From Octopus vulgaris (lineage: Eukaryota), in assembly GCA_951406725.2 (NCBI GenBank), contig OX597823.1:48732001-48796000 (forward strand): 64,000 nt of DNA, in the 5' to 3' direction. A model generated the notes under the pieces. The model did no database searches, was not told where the DNA came from, and saw only the letters and a list, made by a program, of their open reading frames with translations. Position 1 is the stretch's first letter, and each line of letters begins with the position of its first letter. Of this stretch, positions 26,003 through 38,021 are shown one piece after another. The position numbers and the translations under genes were made by a program.

Positions 26003-26482
26003 TTGGTGTTATTAAATATTCGTTTCAAATTTTGACATAAGGCTAGCAATTTTAAGGGAGTAGTAAGTCAATTACATGGACCTCAGTGTTCAACTGGTAC
26101 TTGCTTTATCGACTCCAAGGGATAAAAGGCAAAATTGACTTAGGCAACATTTGAACTCAGAACATAAAGACAGACGAAAGGCCGCTAAGTAGTTTGCCTA
26201 GCTTGCTAACGATTCTGCCAGCTCGCCTTCTTGGTGTTATCAAGAATTAGTTTCAAAATTGTGGTACAAGGTCAGCAAGTTCGGAGGATGAGGTAAGTTG
26301 ATTGCATCGACCCCAGTATTTCACTAGAACATATTTTATCGACCCCGAAAAGATGAAAGACAAAGTCGACCTTGGCGGAATTTGAACTCAGAACGTACAG
26401 ACGGACAAAATGCTTCTAAGCACTTCGGCCGGCGTGCAAGCGCTTCTGCCAACTCGCCACCTTTTAATGTTACAAAATATTG
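26003..26482 (-). mobile_element. Two head-to-tail family B SINEs
   Basis: Two ~230-bp units bracketed by tt(gg/aa)tgtta..aa.a.t at ~26003, ~26232 and ~26464. Confidence 0.88.
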
Positions 26483-27699
26483 ATATATGTAAGATTACAA
26501 TAAATAAATAGTCGTCCAATACGAAAACTATGCGAAAAGGAAAACGTACAAACTGAGAACCGTGTTAACCGCGGTACAACTGTGCTTTACACTCACGTAC
26601 ATTTCAACATTTACCCTCACATAAGCACACGGCTTTCATATACCGGCGTAAGAAGATATTCTAACACTATTACAGTTGTGAAGGATTTGCATTCAAGAAC
26701 GAGCAGATTCGGCTGTAAAATTAATTTATATAACAAATAAAGTCGTGTTCTGTTACAGCTACACCGTGATCTAGAAGGGCAAACGGCAACTGCCAGAGGA
26801 TAACCAGGTAATATTTGAAGTATCGACGGAGGTGTGTAATAACGGCAATGAAGGAAGAACAATTAGTTGAAAGGTTAAACATTGAAAAGCATTAGTGAAA
26901 AGCTTTCAATTATCTGAGAAATCAATAACAAGAGTTTTCTTTCGGGGCAGCATAAGCATGAAAACCTATTATAGAAAGGAATGAATCAGCTTTAAAGTGA
27001 GATGAAAAGCTAAAGGTCGAATACTGTTATAGTTTATTTGATACGTTTGATATGATAGCCCATCCACTAGCTATGGATTACGAACACATCTCTGATTCTA
27101 TCATGTTATTGGGACGTGTTGTTTTCGCTTGTTGTTTAGATTAATATGAAAAACTACAACTACTACTACTACTGCTGCTGAGATCAATTTTTTTTTCAAA
27201 ATTTTTACATATTTTCTTGGGGTTTCTGCTCTTCCTTTCTAGCATCTATTAACGTAACACAGAATTCCAACAGTTTCATTTCTGATCGTCCATCAAGTGT
27301 CATGCCATACATATACCTATACAAGTAGTCGACGAGAATTTGATTCTCAAAAAGCTTCATTACACAGAAATCCAACATCTTAGAAAATTCCGTCCATCAA
27401 AAAGAAAAGATCCCAACATCCCTATGCTGGCTTTGCTTTTCATCATTACGGGGACGATAGAATAAAGTACCAGTCAGGTAAGGCATCCATCCCCCTGGTT
27501 ACGGTATTTTACGCTTACGGAAATTATAAAGTATGACCATTAATTTCAGGGTAATTTCGCTCTCATAGAAACTCGTACAATATAGTGTAGCAATATCGTT
27601 CCCTCATTGCTATCTTCACTGTTTGAGAAGAGTATTAAGAATAATCTCGTTCGAGATTACAAACATCTTCGGCTAGTTTAACATTGTTGTAAACACTAA

Positions 27700-27856
27700 T
27701 TCGATTGGCTGACACGTGGTCTCTACTACGTTCGCACCGCTGGTTGTCACGTGACGCGATTTGCCTCCGCTTATTTTCGCGCCATGGTTCCAAGCAGCCA
27801 ATCACAGCTTCCATTTCTGAAGTTCGTTTTGAGCCACATAAATCTTATATAAAGAA
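27700..27856 (+). promoter_or_regulatory. Pol II promoter in LTR-like element
   Basis: ATTGG 27704, CACGTG 27713, GTCACGTGAC 27746, TTTTCGCGCC (E2F-like) 27774, CCAAT 27798, TATATAAA 27846; CpG-rich. Confidence 0.7.
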
Positions 27857-27875
27857 GGGTTCTCAGACAAATATC

Positions 27876-28072
27876 CGTCTTAGGTTTCTAATCTTTCTCA
27901 GGGCGAACCTCTGACCACAGAGTTCGTCTTTGGTTCAAGTCCTCCTCAGGGCGAACCTCTGACCATACAAAGTTCATCTTTGATTCTAGTCCTTCTCAGG
28001 ACTAACCTCTGACCACAGAGCTCGTCTTAGGTTACAGTCCTTTTCAGGGCGGATCTCTGACCACACAGAGCA
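27876..28072 (+). repeat. Four tandem 48-50 bp hairpin-forming units
   Basis: Consensus CGTCTTWGGTTCTAGTCCTTCTCAGGGCGAACCTCTGACCACAGAGYT; a further partial copy lies at ~28536-28570. Confidence 0.95.
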
Positions 28073-29060
28073 TACCAACTATGTTCCGGTTCGAAAGGCA
28101 GGCGATCACCAAGCATAACTATCCACGAAGATTTAGCTTGTATACAAGATGTTACAGATTCCTCTCATACTGTTAGTGTGAAAATATCACCACGAAAAGA
28201 ACGGTTACAGGATATCTATAACTAGAGAAAAATAACCAAGCAGAATATATAATGAAGACGCAACAAAAACCAAGCGACAGGCACAACTCATCGCCAAACA
28301 TCGTCTCTATCTACTAAGGTTTAATTTGTGCACAAGACAACTACAGATTCAACTATAGCGGTTAGGTGAAAACATCACCACGGGAAAAACGGCTACAATT
28401 AATATATCTGGAAGTATATTCATATCAAGAGAAAGATAAAACACAAGTGATTCAATTAATCTCAACTACGAAACGCAACATCTTGATATGGAACTCTTAC
28501 ACTCCGTGTACCTCATAAACGGTAAATCAATTAGCTGTCTTGAGTTCTAGTTCTTCTAAGGACTACCCTAAGCCATCTGCTACTACCTGTTGCTAGGCTG
28601 ATCCAACAACATGAACTGTGAACCAAATTCCATTGTTATTTCTCTGGTCAGTACCTCTTATGCCTCACGAACACACAGACACAAAAACATGCTAACACTT
28701 ACAAACTTCCAACCAACATGATTGTAAAATATGTAAAATAAATAATGTATATAATTCAAAAAGAAATTTTGTTGTCATTCCACTTGTGTTCTATTGCCGC
28801 TGTATGTATTATATGGTCTGTAATATTTCATTAAGAATGGGATCGCGTGCGATTGTATTCCCTATACGATACGCCCGCATGTGATTCTATTTTTATAATA
28901 GTTTTAAATTGTTAACGATTTAAAACTACACTTTCTTAGCTCAATGGCCACTTGCGTTTTAGTTACGATCAAATTATATAGTTAACGATTCGGAAAACTA
29001 TCATCACGTAACACATATATACATACACATATATATAATGTATATAATGCGAGTGTGTGA

Positions 29061-29102
<42 letters not shown>

Positions 29103-29194
29103 TAGTGCATTTTAAAAGTTGAATGAAATGGCTTTAATCTTAGGGCTATGTTAAATTTCAGGCCTTATGCTTACAGTAGAAAGGATTATTATAT

Positions 29195-29640
29195 GAGAAC
29201 TTTCAAACAACTTATGACAAAGAAGATAAACCTATGGTGAGATTTCTTGAAGAAATTCAACATAATATAATAATAATAATGAAATTATTGCATACAGTGC
29301 TCAGGTGCAGCACAACTTGTCAGACAGTGCGTATAAAATATATGCAGTAATGTACAAATGTCTGGAAAGCGAATAATGTATGAGTCAGATACATGCTTGT
29401 GTGTGTATGGAGGGGAGAAAATCAGGTGTAGTGTTGGCGAATCTCAGAAAGCATGGAAGTTTTGAAGGATGCAGTGCTCCGACGGATGCTGTGGATAATA
29501 TAGCTGAGTCATGGGATGAAGTGAAACTTTCGACTTCGAAAAATGCTTGGAAAAGTACATGGTCAGGCTGTATCCGTGACATTACAACTTTCCCTCAAGC
29601 AGAGAGTCTATATGAAATTCGGAAAGATTTAGTGACACAC
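29195..29640 (+). pseudogene. Tigger/pogo transposase fragment interrupted by a probable LINE 3' end (~29270-29484, minus strand)
   Basis: TFKQL...KKFNI [insertion] DAVDNIAESWDEVK.ST.KNAWKSTWSGCIRD matches the TIGD1-like DAI.NI..AW.EV...WKKLWP.C motif. Confidence 0.7.
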
Positions 29641-29805
29641 CACTTAAATTGGCTACAAAAATTATTGCTAAAGGGTTGGCACGTACAGAGGAAAGTCTAC
29701 AGGTTTTTTTTTTGTTTTTGTTTTTGGGTGGTCCAAATCATGAGCGTAACATAAAAATTACTGGCGAAATTTACTGAGCTGTACAAAGGGATTATGCGTT
29801 ATATA

Positions 29806-30035
29806 TATTTCTTTACTACCCACAAGGGGCTAAACATAGAGGGGACAAACAAGGACAGACAAAGGGATTAAGTCGATTATATCGACCCCAGTGCGTAACT
29901 GGTACTTAATTTATCGACCCCGAAAGGATGAAAGCCAAAGTCGACCTCGGCGGAATTTGAACCCAGAACACTTAACGGCAGACGAAATACGGCTACGCAT
30001 TTCGCCCGACGTGCTAACGTTTCTGCCAGCTCGCC
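29806..30035 (-). mobile_element. Young SINE family B with 10-bp TSD
   Basis: TSD GCGTTATATA at 29796-29805 and 30036-30045; CpGs intact. Confidence 0.93.
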
Positions 30036-30282
30036 GCGTTATATAAACAACAGCGTTGGATAAGTTCTTCACCCACTCAAGCTGATGCTGGTGATAAAAA
30101 ATTATAAAACACTTGTAATGAACAGCTACAGAATAGCTAAACGGATCCGAAACCGAATCCTCATTTTTATTAGCTATCATTGTCCCTCATTCTCTTAGTG
30201 ACACCTATTCTTCCACCACCATCAGCACTTATTAATTTCTTAACGTATTCCTCTTGAAATATTTTTTGCGCTTTTATGCATC

Positions 30283-30990
30283 TAAGAGGGGATACCCAAA
30301 AGAAACCGGAATTTTGCAATGTTATTTACATGTTTACGCTTTTATCGCCTTCGAAGTATTCTCCATTTGAAGCAATGCATCGGTCCAGATGCGTTTTCCA
30401 CTATTCGAAGCAGTGCTGGAACACTTGCGAAGTGATGCCTTCTAACGCCTCCACCGTTTTTTTCTTCACCTCTTCCACACCTGAAAATTCCGTAGCATCA
30501 GTTTTCGTCACCAATGACGACCTTCGAAAAGTGCTCCGGGTCAGCTTCCAACTGTTCTTTCAGTTCACGACATGCATTCAGTCGCGACTGTTTTTGATCT
30601 TCCGTGAGCAAGCGAGGCACAAATTTTGTTACAACTCTTATCATTTGCAATTCTTCATTCAAAATTAGTTGGCTGGAGCTCCAAGGCATACTTGCAGGTG
30701 CCAGTGGGAACTAGTAGCGGATGCTTCAGGACACTCCAGTCATGTCAACAAGTTCAATTGTTCGGAGATATTTTCGTTCGGGAAAATCCTGAACGAGATT
30801 GGCCTTCAAGCGACAATTGACCATTCCTAAAGCGTGAAAACCAATCGTAAACTTGTGTTTTGCTCATGGCAGCATCCTTGCAAGCAGTTTGAAGCATGAT
30901 AACTGTTTCGGCCGCCGTTTTCCCCAGCAGAAAATAGAATTTCAGGGAAACACGCTGTTCCTTCGTTTCAGCCATCGCAAAAATCGACAA
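30283..30990 (-). pseudogene. Internally deleted mariner transposase
   Basis: EQRVSLKFYFLLGKTAAET..YDWFSRFRNG (HTH), KFVPRLLTEDQK..VIGDE (first catalytic D), then a jump to C-terminal CFE*WK..LDRCIASNGEYFEGD. Confidence 0.92.
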
Positions 30991-31342
30991 ACAGGGAAAT
31001 ACTGAATCGAGATCCCAGTTCTAATTATTTTTGTAAAGTCTGGTACTTATTCAATCGGTCTCTTTTACCGAACCATTAATATATAGATACATGGCATGGT
31101 TTCGTTATATGTATCGTACATATATATATATTTGGCAATAAATCTTGTTTGTTTACGTACATGTAATTTAGCAGTTCAGCAAAAACGACAAAAAAGAGAG
31201 AAACCGATAAAATAAGTACTAGACTTTAAAATATCAACGTACTGGGGTCGATTTGATGCACTAAACCTTTCAAAACGATGTCCATGCATTGCCGCAGTCT
31301 AACGACTGAAAGAAAAATGGTAAACGATATGTTAAATAAAAA

Positions 31343-31572
31343 GGCGAGCTGGCAGAAACGTTAGCACGCCGGGCGAAATACGCAGCCGTATTTCGTCTGC
31401 CGTTACGTTCTAAGTTCAAATTCCGCCGAGGTCGACTTTGCCTTTCATCCTTTCGGGGTCGATTAAATAAGTACCAGTTACGCACTGGGGTCGATATAAT
31501 CGACTTAATCCGTTTGTCTGTCCTTTTTTGTCCTCTCTGTGTTTAGCCTCTTGTGGGTAGTAAAGAAATAGA
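31343..31572 (+). mobile_element. Young SINE family B
   Basis: Near-identical to the reverse complement of 29806-30035. Confidence 0.93.
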
Positions 31573-31699
31573 TATAATAAATAAAAATATATAGATATAT
31601 AAAAACGGCGGTGCATCAGCATGGCCGCAGCTCTGAGCTGAAACTAGAAAGTAAAAAAAAGATAAAAGAAAAAAAGAAACGATACGGAAAACCATAATC

Positions 31700-32080
31700 C
31701 TAACAAAAACATTTTTCTTGACCTTATATCTATCTTTTTCACAATATCGTTTTCTGTCGACAAATTTGCAAAGAAATTCATCCGTCTTGTGTCACGGACG
31801 ATCGTAATTAATATGTTTTCATAAGCTTTAGTTTACTAAATCTTCTCTCCCCCGTGGCTATAAGTTATAGATATACCGTGAGCATTATTCATAATGCAAC
31901 CCACAGATTTGGCATGACATCCCATAGCTTATTACGACTGTTGATGACTTTAACGGCTTCTATCAAAATCTTTCCATTTCCAAAAAATAATTCTTTTGAA
32001 ATATCTAGTTCAGTCAAGAGACAACATCCGTTAGTATCATCAATATAACGTTTTAACATAAGCTTTATCCTACACAACGA
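31700..32080 (-). pseudogene. hAT transposase C-terminal dimerisation domain relic
   Basis: MPNLWVAL*IMLT...ATGERRFSKLKLMKTY.LRSS.TQ matches the hAT motif FPNL..ALRI.LT...SGERSFSKLKLIKTYLRSTM. Confidence 0.85.
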
Positions 32081-32407
32081 ATGTTTTGCATTTAGCTTTT
32101 ATTTCATCATACTTATATTATTTTCTATGATTTACTGGACACTACCTTGAAGAGTTTCGGTCGAACGAATCAATCCTAATCCTTATGTTTTGAGCCTAGT
32201 ATTTATTCTACCCGTCTCTCATGCTGAACCGCTTAAGTTACAGGGACGTAAACAGACCAATACCGATTGTCAAGTGGTGGTGAGAAACACACACACGTAT
32301 ATGTAAACATATATTCATACACGCACGATGGTCTTCTTTCAGTTTCTGTCTATCACGCATGACGTTTTGGTTGGCCTAGGACTATAGCAGAAGACATTTG
32401 TCCAAGG

Positions 32408-32608
32408 CAGTGGTTTTCAACCAGGGTTCCGCCAGTACAGTCCAGGGGTTCCGCAAAAAGTTGCTAAACTACTAAAATCGGCAGTAATTTTTAATTCTCC
32501 TGTGCAGATATGTGTGCATAAGACTATTAAATTATTGCACAGGTGTTCCTCGAGCCAGTGGAATGTTTCCTTGGGGTTCCGCTCCAGCAAAAAGTTTGAA
32601 AAGCACTG
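32408..32608. mobile_element. hAT MITE with perfect 8-bp TSD inside a minus-strand family A SINE
   Basis: TIRs CAGTGGTTTTCAA / TTGAAAAGCACTG; TSD GTCCAAGG at 32400-32407 and 32609-32616. Confidence 0.92.
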
Positions 32609-32990
32609 GTCCAAGGTGTCATGCAGTGAAACTGAATCCTGAACTATGGTTGGGAAGCAAACTTATAACGTCACAGCCCCAGTTTGAGTTTGGAAGATAT
32701 CAAGCGCATAAAGAGGGGAGTTGCTAGTACATACCCCCGGCCCTATACGTTTTGGGATTTCTCTTAATTTATGTAAATCCACCATTTTATGCGTTTATCT
32801 TATGTGTAATTTCTTACATTGGCTTGAACCACAGAATTAGTGATGTGAGAACAGTAGTGTTAGGGTCTGTGCCGCTCTAAACGGTCCTTGAGTTTGCTAC
32901 CCAACTCTAGTAACAAACGTCATAATATACATATATAATAGTGCCGTATTTATTCATTCTTTAACAATGCTTATGAGTAGAGAGAGGTAA

Positions 32991-33380
32991 TCAGTAGCGG
33001 TGTTCATACATTTCCTAAAAGCATTTGAGAAACTAAATTAAATATTTTAAACTAGGGGCCAAGTACTTTTAGTCACATACGCATACTTGTGTCTATGAAT
33101 AAATATGTTATTCTTCATTATACGAATACATATTGATGATTATATACATATTTACATAATCACACAAAAACATCTAAATCTACATATTACATACATGCAC
33201 ACACACACACACACACACACAGACTAATTTCTGATTATATGTTGATATTTATTTATTTATTGACATTTTCTTCCAGTTAATCCTTCATACCTGATTTAAC
33301 AAATTTAATAACGACTTTTCTTTGATCTGCTGCTGCATTTCTAAATTAATTGTAGAATTATTCAGAATTATTCCTGCCAT
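32991..33380 (-). CDS. Candidate spliced small ORF (37 aa): 33380-33291 joined to 33014-32991
   Basis: aaatATGG start, cag|gtatga donor, tttctcaaatgcttttag| acceptor; MAGIILNNSTINLEMQQQIKEKSLLNLLNQ|EMYEHRY*. No homology recognised. Confidence 0.25.
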
Positions 33381-33775
33381 ATTTATTGGTCATTTAGGTT
33401 TGAAACACAACACACACACCAGCTGTTTCTTCTCGTCTAGCTTTCTTTCCATCTCTAAAACTTCACACATTTCAAATGTTCAATTTAAACACACACACAC
33501 ACAGATGCGCGCCTGTACATACATACGACTGTGTGTAAACGTGTACCTGTAAGTGCTTGTGAATGTGAGCGTATGAGTACATGTGTGTGTATATATTCTC
33601 TTAAGTCCGTGTTTGCGTGCGTGCGCGCTTATATCTATGAATGATTTAACAAAACCAGATGTGCTGACTCATGTTTACCTGAATCCTAATTAATAACGAA
33701 ATTAAAGTAAGAATGAAATAACAATTGGTATATGTATGTATTAGCATATAACTTCCTGTGTGAGTGTACACATGT

Positions 33776-33815
<40 letters not shown>

Positions 33816-36669
33816 TAGCTGACGTTTGCTTGGGTGCATATGTTAATATGAACGTAAGTATATTTGTGGGTATATGTGAGTACATAGGCGAAATATAGTA
33901 TCTATGTATACCTGAAGCTATGAACTTCGTGTGCCTATGTGTATATGTTTGTTTATGTATGTTTGTGAATGTGTGTGTAGGCGGCTGTTTATATGCAAGC
34001 ACGTGTTTTTGTTTCAGCCTGTATTTGTTTAAAGCGCATAAGATTGTGCATGTGTATTTATATACCTATGTGTCTGAATGTGTGTATGGCTACAATTAGG
34101 AACTTTTGACTTGCATGCAGGTCTGCATGTCAGCATGTGTAGACGCGTATGGAAGTGCATGTGTGTTAGAATGCCTTTCTTTAAAATATGTATTTGTGTG
34201 TATATGGACAGAATGGATCAATTAATGTGTAAGTGTGTGTGTAAATATGAATTTTTTGTATGTTTTGACTACGCATCAGAATGCACATATGCATATCTGT
34301 AAATACATGTGTGCGAGTGTACAGTCAATTGCATGTATGTAGGTAGGTATTTGCTTCGTATATACATGTGTGTGTGTGTGAATACATCTATCTGTATGCG
34401 TCTGATCATCATTGCTAATCCTTTTTCATAATTAATTTTAGACATTCAGGCAAAATCGTTAACAAGTCAGACAAAATGCTTAGTGACATTTCGTCCGCTT
34501 TTAAGTTCTGAGTTCAAATTCCGCTGAGGTCGAGCTGGCCTTTCATCTTTTCGAGATCAATAAAATAAATAGCAGTAAAGCACCGGAGTAGATGTAATCG
34601 ATTAGCACCCTCCCACAAATTTCAGGCCTTGTACCAATAGTAGAAAGGATTACTATTTTAAACATTTTGTTTCCGATAGGAAAAACTATCCTAAAATTTG
34701 GGGTGGGAGAGGTGTTTTAAAAACGAAAAGTTGTGATGTCTTTCTTAAGTTGACTTGACCACTGATAGATATTTGAGTTAAATTATTTGATATCTCATTA
34801 CGCCTTGTGGGTGGATTTGGTGGATGAAACCTGAAAGAAGTCCATATATTGTTTAATATATTGTCCGGCAATACAAGAAGACCATAATCGCCTGAGGTGC
34901 AGTGCCATGGGACTGAACCCGAAACAATGTGGTACAAAATGAGCTTCTTTCTCCCCGCACAGCCATGCTTGTGCCAAATCAAAATCTTCAGCATATTGGA
35001 TCAAGTCTGAGTATCAAATCATTATAACCCTGATTATTGAACAAAATCAAAAATGTAATCCAAAGTCTTTCATAAAATAAAACAAACTGGCATGTTACAC
35101 TTTTAACAACGTTAACTATGGAACAATGTCAGGGCCTAATCGAAATATTTAACATAGTGAAACAGTAATGCATCGACATAGAGAAAAAATTGTAAACTGT
35201 GAAATTTTCAAGTGTCCTGATGAATGCTGTTAAACCATTTCCTTATGATTCTATAATGTATTAATATTGAGGTCAAATGTTGTAGTCAGGCAGTAAATAA
35301 ACTGAATTTGCTATCTATTTTCAATTCTAGTTGGTGCTATGGTGCTTTCATTATTTCATAAATAACCTTGGGAAGGGCATGAAAATAATCAACAATACTT
35401 CTAGATTTTTATATCACTGCTCCCAAAATCGTTAGTCTTCAAATTTAACCCAGAATTAATTATTCTATTTTTGCTCTACTGGCACCATGTAAAAAGCACC
35501 CATGCTGGTGCCACATAAAATGTGCCTGTGATGGTATTATGTAAAAAGCTCTTGTGCTGGTGTCACTTAAAAAGCACCCAGTACACTCTGTAAAGTGGTT
35601 GGTGACAGGAAGGTCATCCAGCCATAAAATCCATGCCAAAACAGAAGACTGGAGCCTGGTGCAGCTCTTCAGCTTACCAGTTCCAGTCAAACCATGTAGC
35701 TCATGCCAGCATAGAAAACAGGCATTAAATGTTAAGGCTATTAAATTCTTCCTTGCTCACTAATCCATTTTTATTTTCATTTGCATATGAAGATCACTGC
35801 TATCTAAATTGTCTCAAATATATTGCTTTCAAAGTTTAACACAAGGCCAGCGGTTTGGGAGGAAGGGGCTATGTCAATTACATCAACCCCAGTACTCAAC
35901 TGGTATTACTTTGTCAACTCCAAAAGGATGGAAGGCAAAAATCAACCTTCACAGCATTTGAACTCAGAACACAAAGATAGATCAAATGCCACTAAGCATT
36001 TTGCCCAGCATGTCAACAATTCAGCCAGCTCACTGCTTTAGATTGTCACTCCTATGTTAATGGTACTTATTTTGTCTCTTAAGTAACTGCTAAACCTTCT
36101 TAATCCTTTTCTTGTGGACATCAGATATATATATACTCAAAATTTCATTACCTTTAACTGTGGTTTTATATACCAATCTATCTTTTGTTGTTGAACTATT
36201 TTCTGTTGAGATATTTTAGGTTTATTGTGACAACATGACTTGCAGAAAATAGCAAATTGTAATTTTAGGTAGACTCTTAACATTGTTACTGGAATAACCC
36301 TGAAATTTAATTTTGAATTTAATGGATTAAAATTACATCACACTATCTTAATAGGAGTGGGGAAGAATAAATTATATAATGTAGTCCTGTAGCCTACCAC
36401 AACAGAATGGTCACATATGGAATGTCAGTGACAGCATGGTTTCTCAGTTAGGGTTGGCCTAGAGTAAAACAATAGCAACTGCTTGGAACCCTTAGATTCC
36501 AAGCAAGCATTGCTTTGCTTGGGTTTGAATACAATAAGCAATATAGATTTTTCTGTTGTAGCCATCTGTACTGATTCAGTTGATTACTCATGTTGAGAAA
36601 TACAACAGTCTTACAGACACAGCAGTACCAGGTCCCTTATTCCAAAATTATAATGTTGTATTACTCAGC

Positions 36670-37273
36670 AAGCGTAAGTGAGACCATAACCTTGTGGCCT
36701 ATGCCAGGGGTGTAACCAGTCCACTTATGCGTGCCTTTCCTTCATTGGACACTAAACTCTGCTTGCGAAGACTTATTGAGGCAAGTGAAATTGATATTGA
36801 AATCAAATTCGATGACTGGCATCCGTGCTAGTGGAGCGCTAAAAGAACCATATGAGTGAGATCGGGGCCAGAGCAACAAGCTCGCCTCCAAGCTGATAGC
36901 ACGTTAAAAACACCACTCGAGCGTGATCATTACCTGTGTTGCCTACTAGCACTTGTGCTGGTGGCACGTGAAAAAAACATTAAAGCAAGGTCGTTGCCAG
37001 TGCCGCTGGACTGGCTACTGTGCAGGTGGCACATAAAAAGCACCATTTGAGCATGGCCATTGCCAGTACCGCCTGACTGGCCCTCGTGCCGATGGCATGT
37101 AAAAGCACCCACTACACTCTTGGAGTGGTTGGCATTAGGAAGGGCATCAAGCTGTAGAAACCGTGCCAGATCAGATTGGAGTTTTGTGCAGCCATCTGGT
37201 TTGCCAGAACTCAGTCAAATCGTCCAATCCATGCTAGCATGGAAAGCGGACACTAAACGACGATGATGATGAT
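36670..37273 (+). mobile_element. RTE-3'-related retroposon (family E) with 4 internal units and (GAT)n tail
   Basis: Units ..gtgcNggtggcac.taaaaagcacc, then cactacactc..gagtggttggcattaggaagggcatc..gcatggaaagcggac..taaacgacgatgatgat. Confidence 0.85.
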
Positions 37274-37493
37274 GTATTCTGCTGGAGCTGCTACATTGAG
37301 TACTAGCTGAAGATATTTAATTGAATTTATTTCAATGCAACCTTAGTTGTGTTAAGTGACTATAAAAGAATTTGTGGAAATAGTTGAAAGGATTTTCTCG
37401 TAAGTCAAATTTGACATGGGAAATCAAAGTTAAAACTGAAATCAAGAAATAAAACATCACTTTGGTCTTAAAATTCCCCGCAAGAGAGTTTAA

Positions 37494-38021
37494 CCCTTTA
37501 GCATTCACATTATTCTGTCAAAAGTAATACTTATTTATTCACATTGTTTTGAATTAATCATGCATTATCTCTCTTATAGCTTTGCAATTTTGATGAGATA
37601 ACTGTTAATTTTTAGAATGATATTCTAGGGTTTGTGTGAGAGGCCACATCTGGCCAGCTTGAACATAAAACAAACAGAATATTTTGGTGGGCCCAGTGGT
37701 TAGAGCGTCAGGCTCACAATCATGAGGTAGTGAGTTTGATTCCGGGCTGTGTGTTGTGTTTTTTTATTTCATATTGCTCCAGTTCCCTTGACTATAGAAA
37801 TGAATTGTGATGCAACTGGTGCCAAGCTGTATTGGCCTTTGCTTTTCCTTTGGATAATATCGGTGACATAGAGAGGGGAGGATGGTATGCATGGAGAACT
37901 GCTAATCTTCCACAAAACAACCTTGTCTGGACTTGTGCTTCAGAGCATAACTTTCTAGGTGCAAACCCATGGTCATTCATGACCAAAGGGGGTCTTAAAA
38001 GACTGATTTAAATGCTAAGGG
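37494..38021. mobile_element. piggyBac-type MITE with TTAA TSD, containing a family C SINE (~37690-37995)
   Basis: TTAA|CCCTTTAGCATT ... AATGCTAAGGG|TTAA. Confidence 0.85.

Larger units (their letters stand above)
27497..29013 (+). mobile_element. Solo-LTR-like element (~1.5 kb)
   Basis: Ends (g)GTTACGG..AT and ATCACGTAACA are short inverted repeats; internal promoter, TATA box, AATAAA (28737) with downstream GT-rich tract; no long ORF; 5' TG mutated and no clear TSD. Confidence 0.65.

Noticed and set aside
27876-28072. Hammerhead ribozyme on the minus strand (CTGAGGA...GAAC) or tRNA B box (GGTTCAAGTCC) in the tandem units
   Set aside because: GAAA is replaced by GAAC, there is no stem I and the core is absent in other units; the B-box word occurs in only one unit with no A box or cloverleaf.
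30276-30668. 130-aa plus-strand ORF
   Set aside because: Antisense to the mariner transposase relic.
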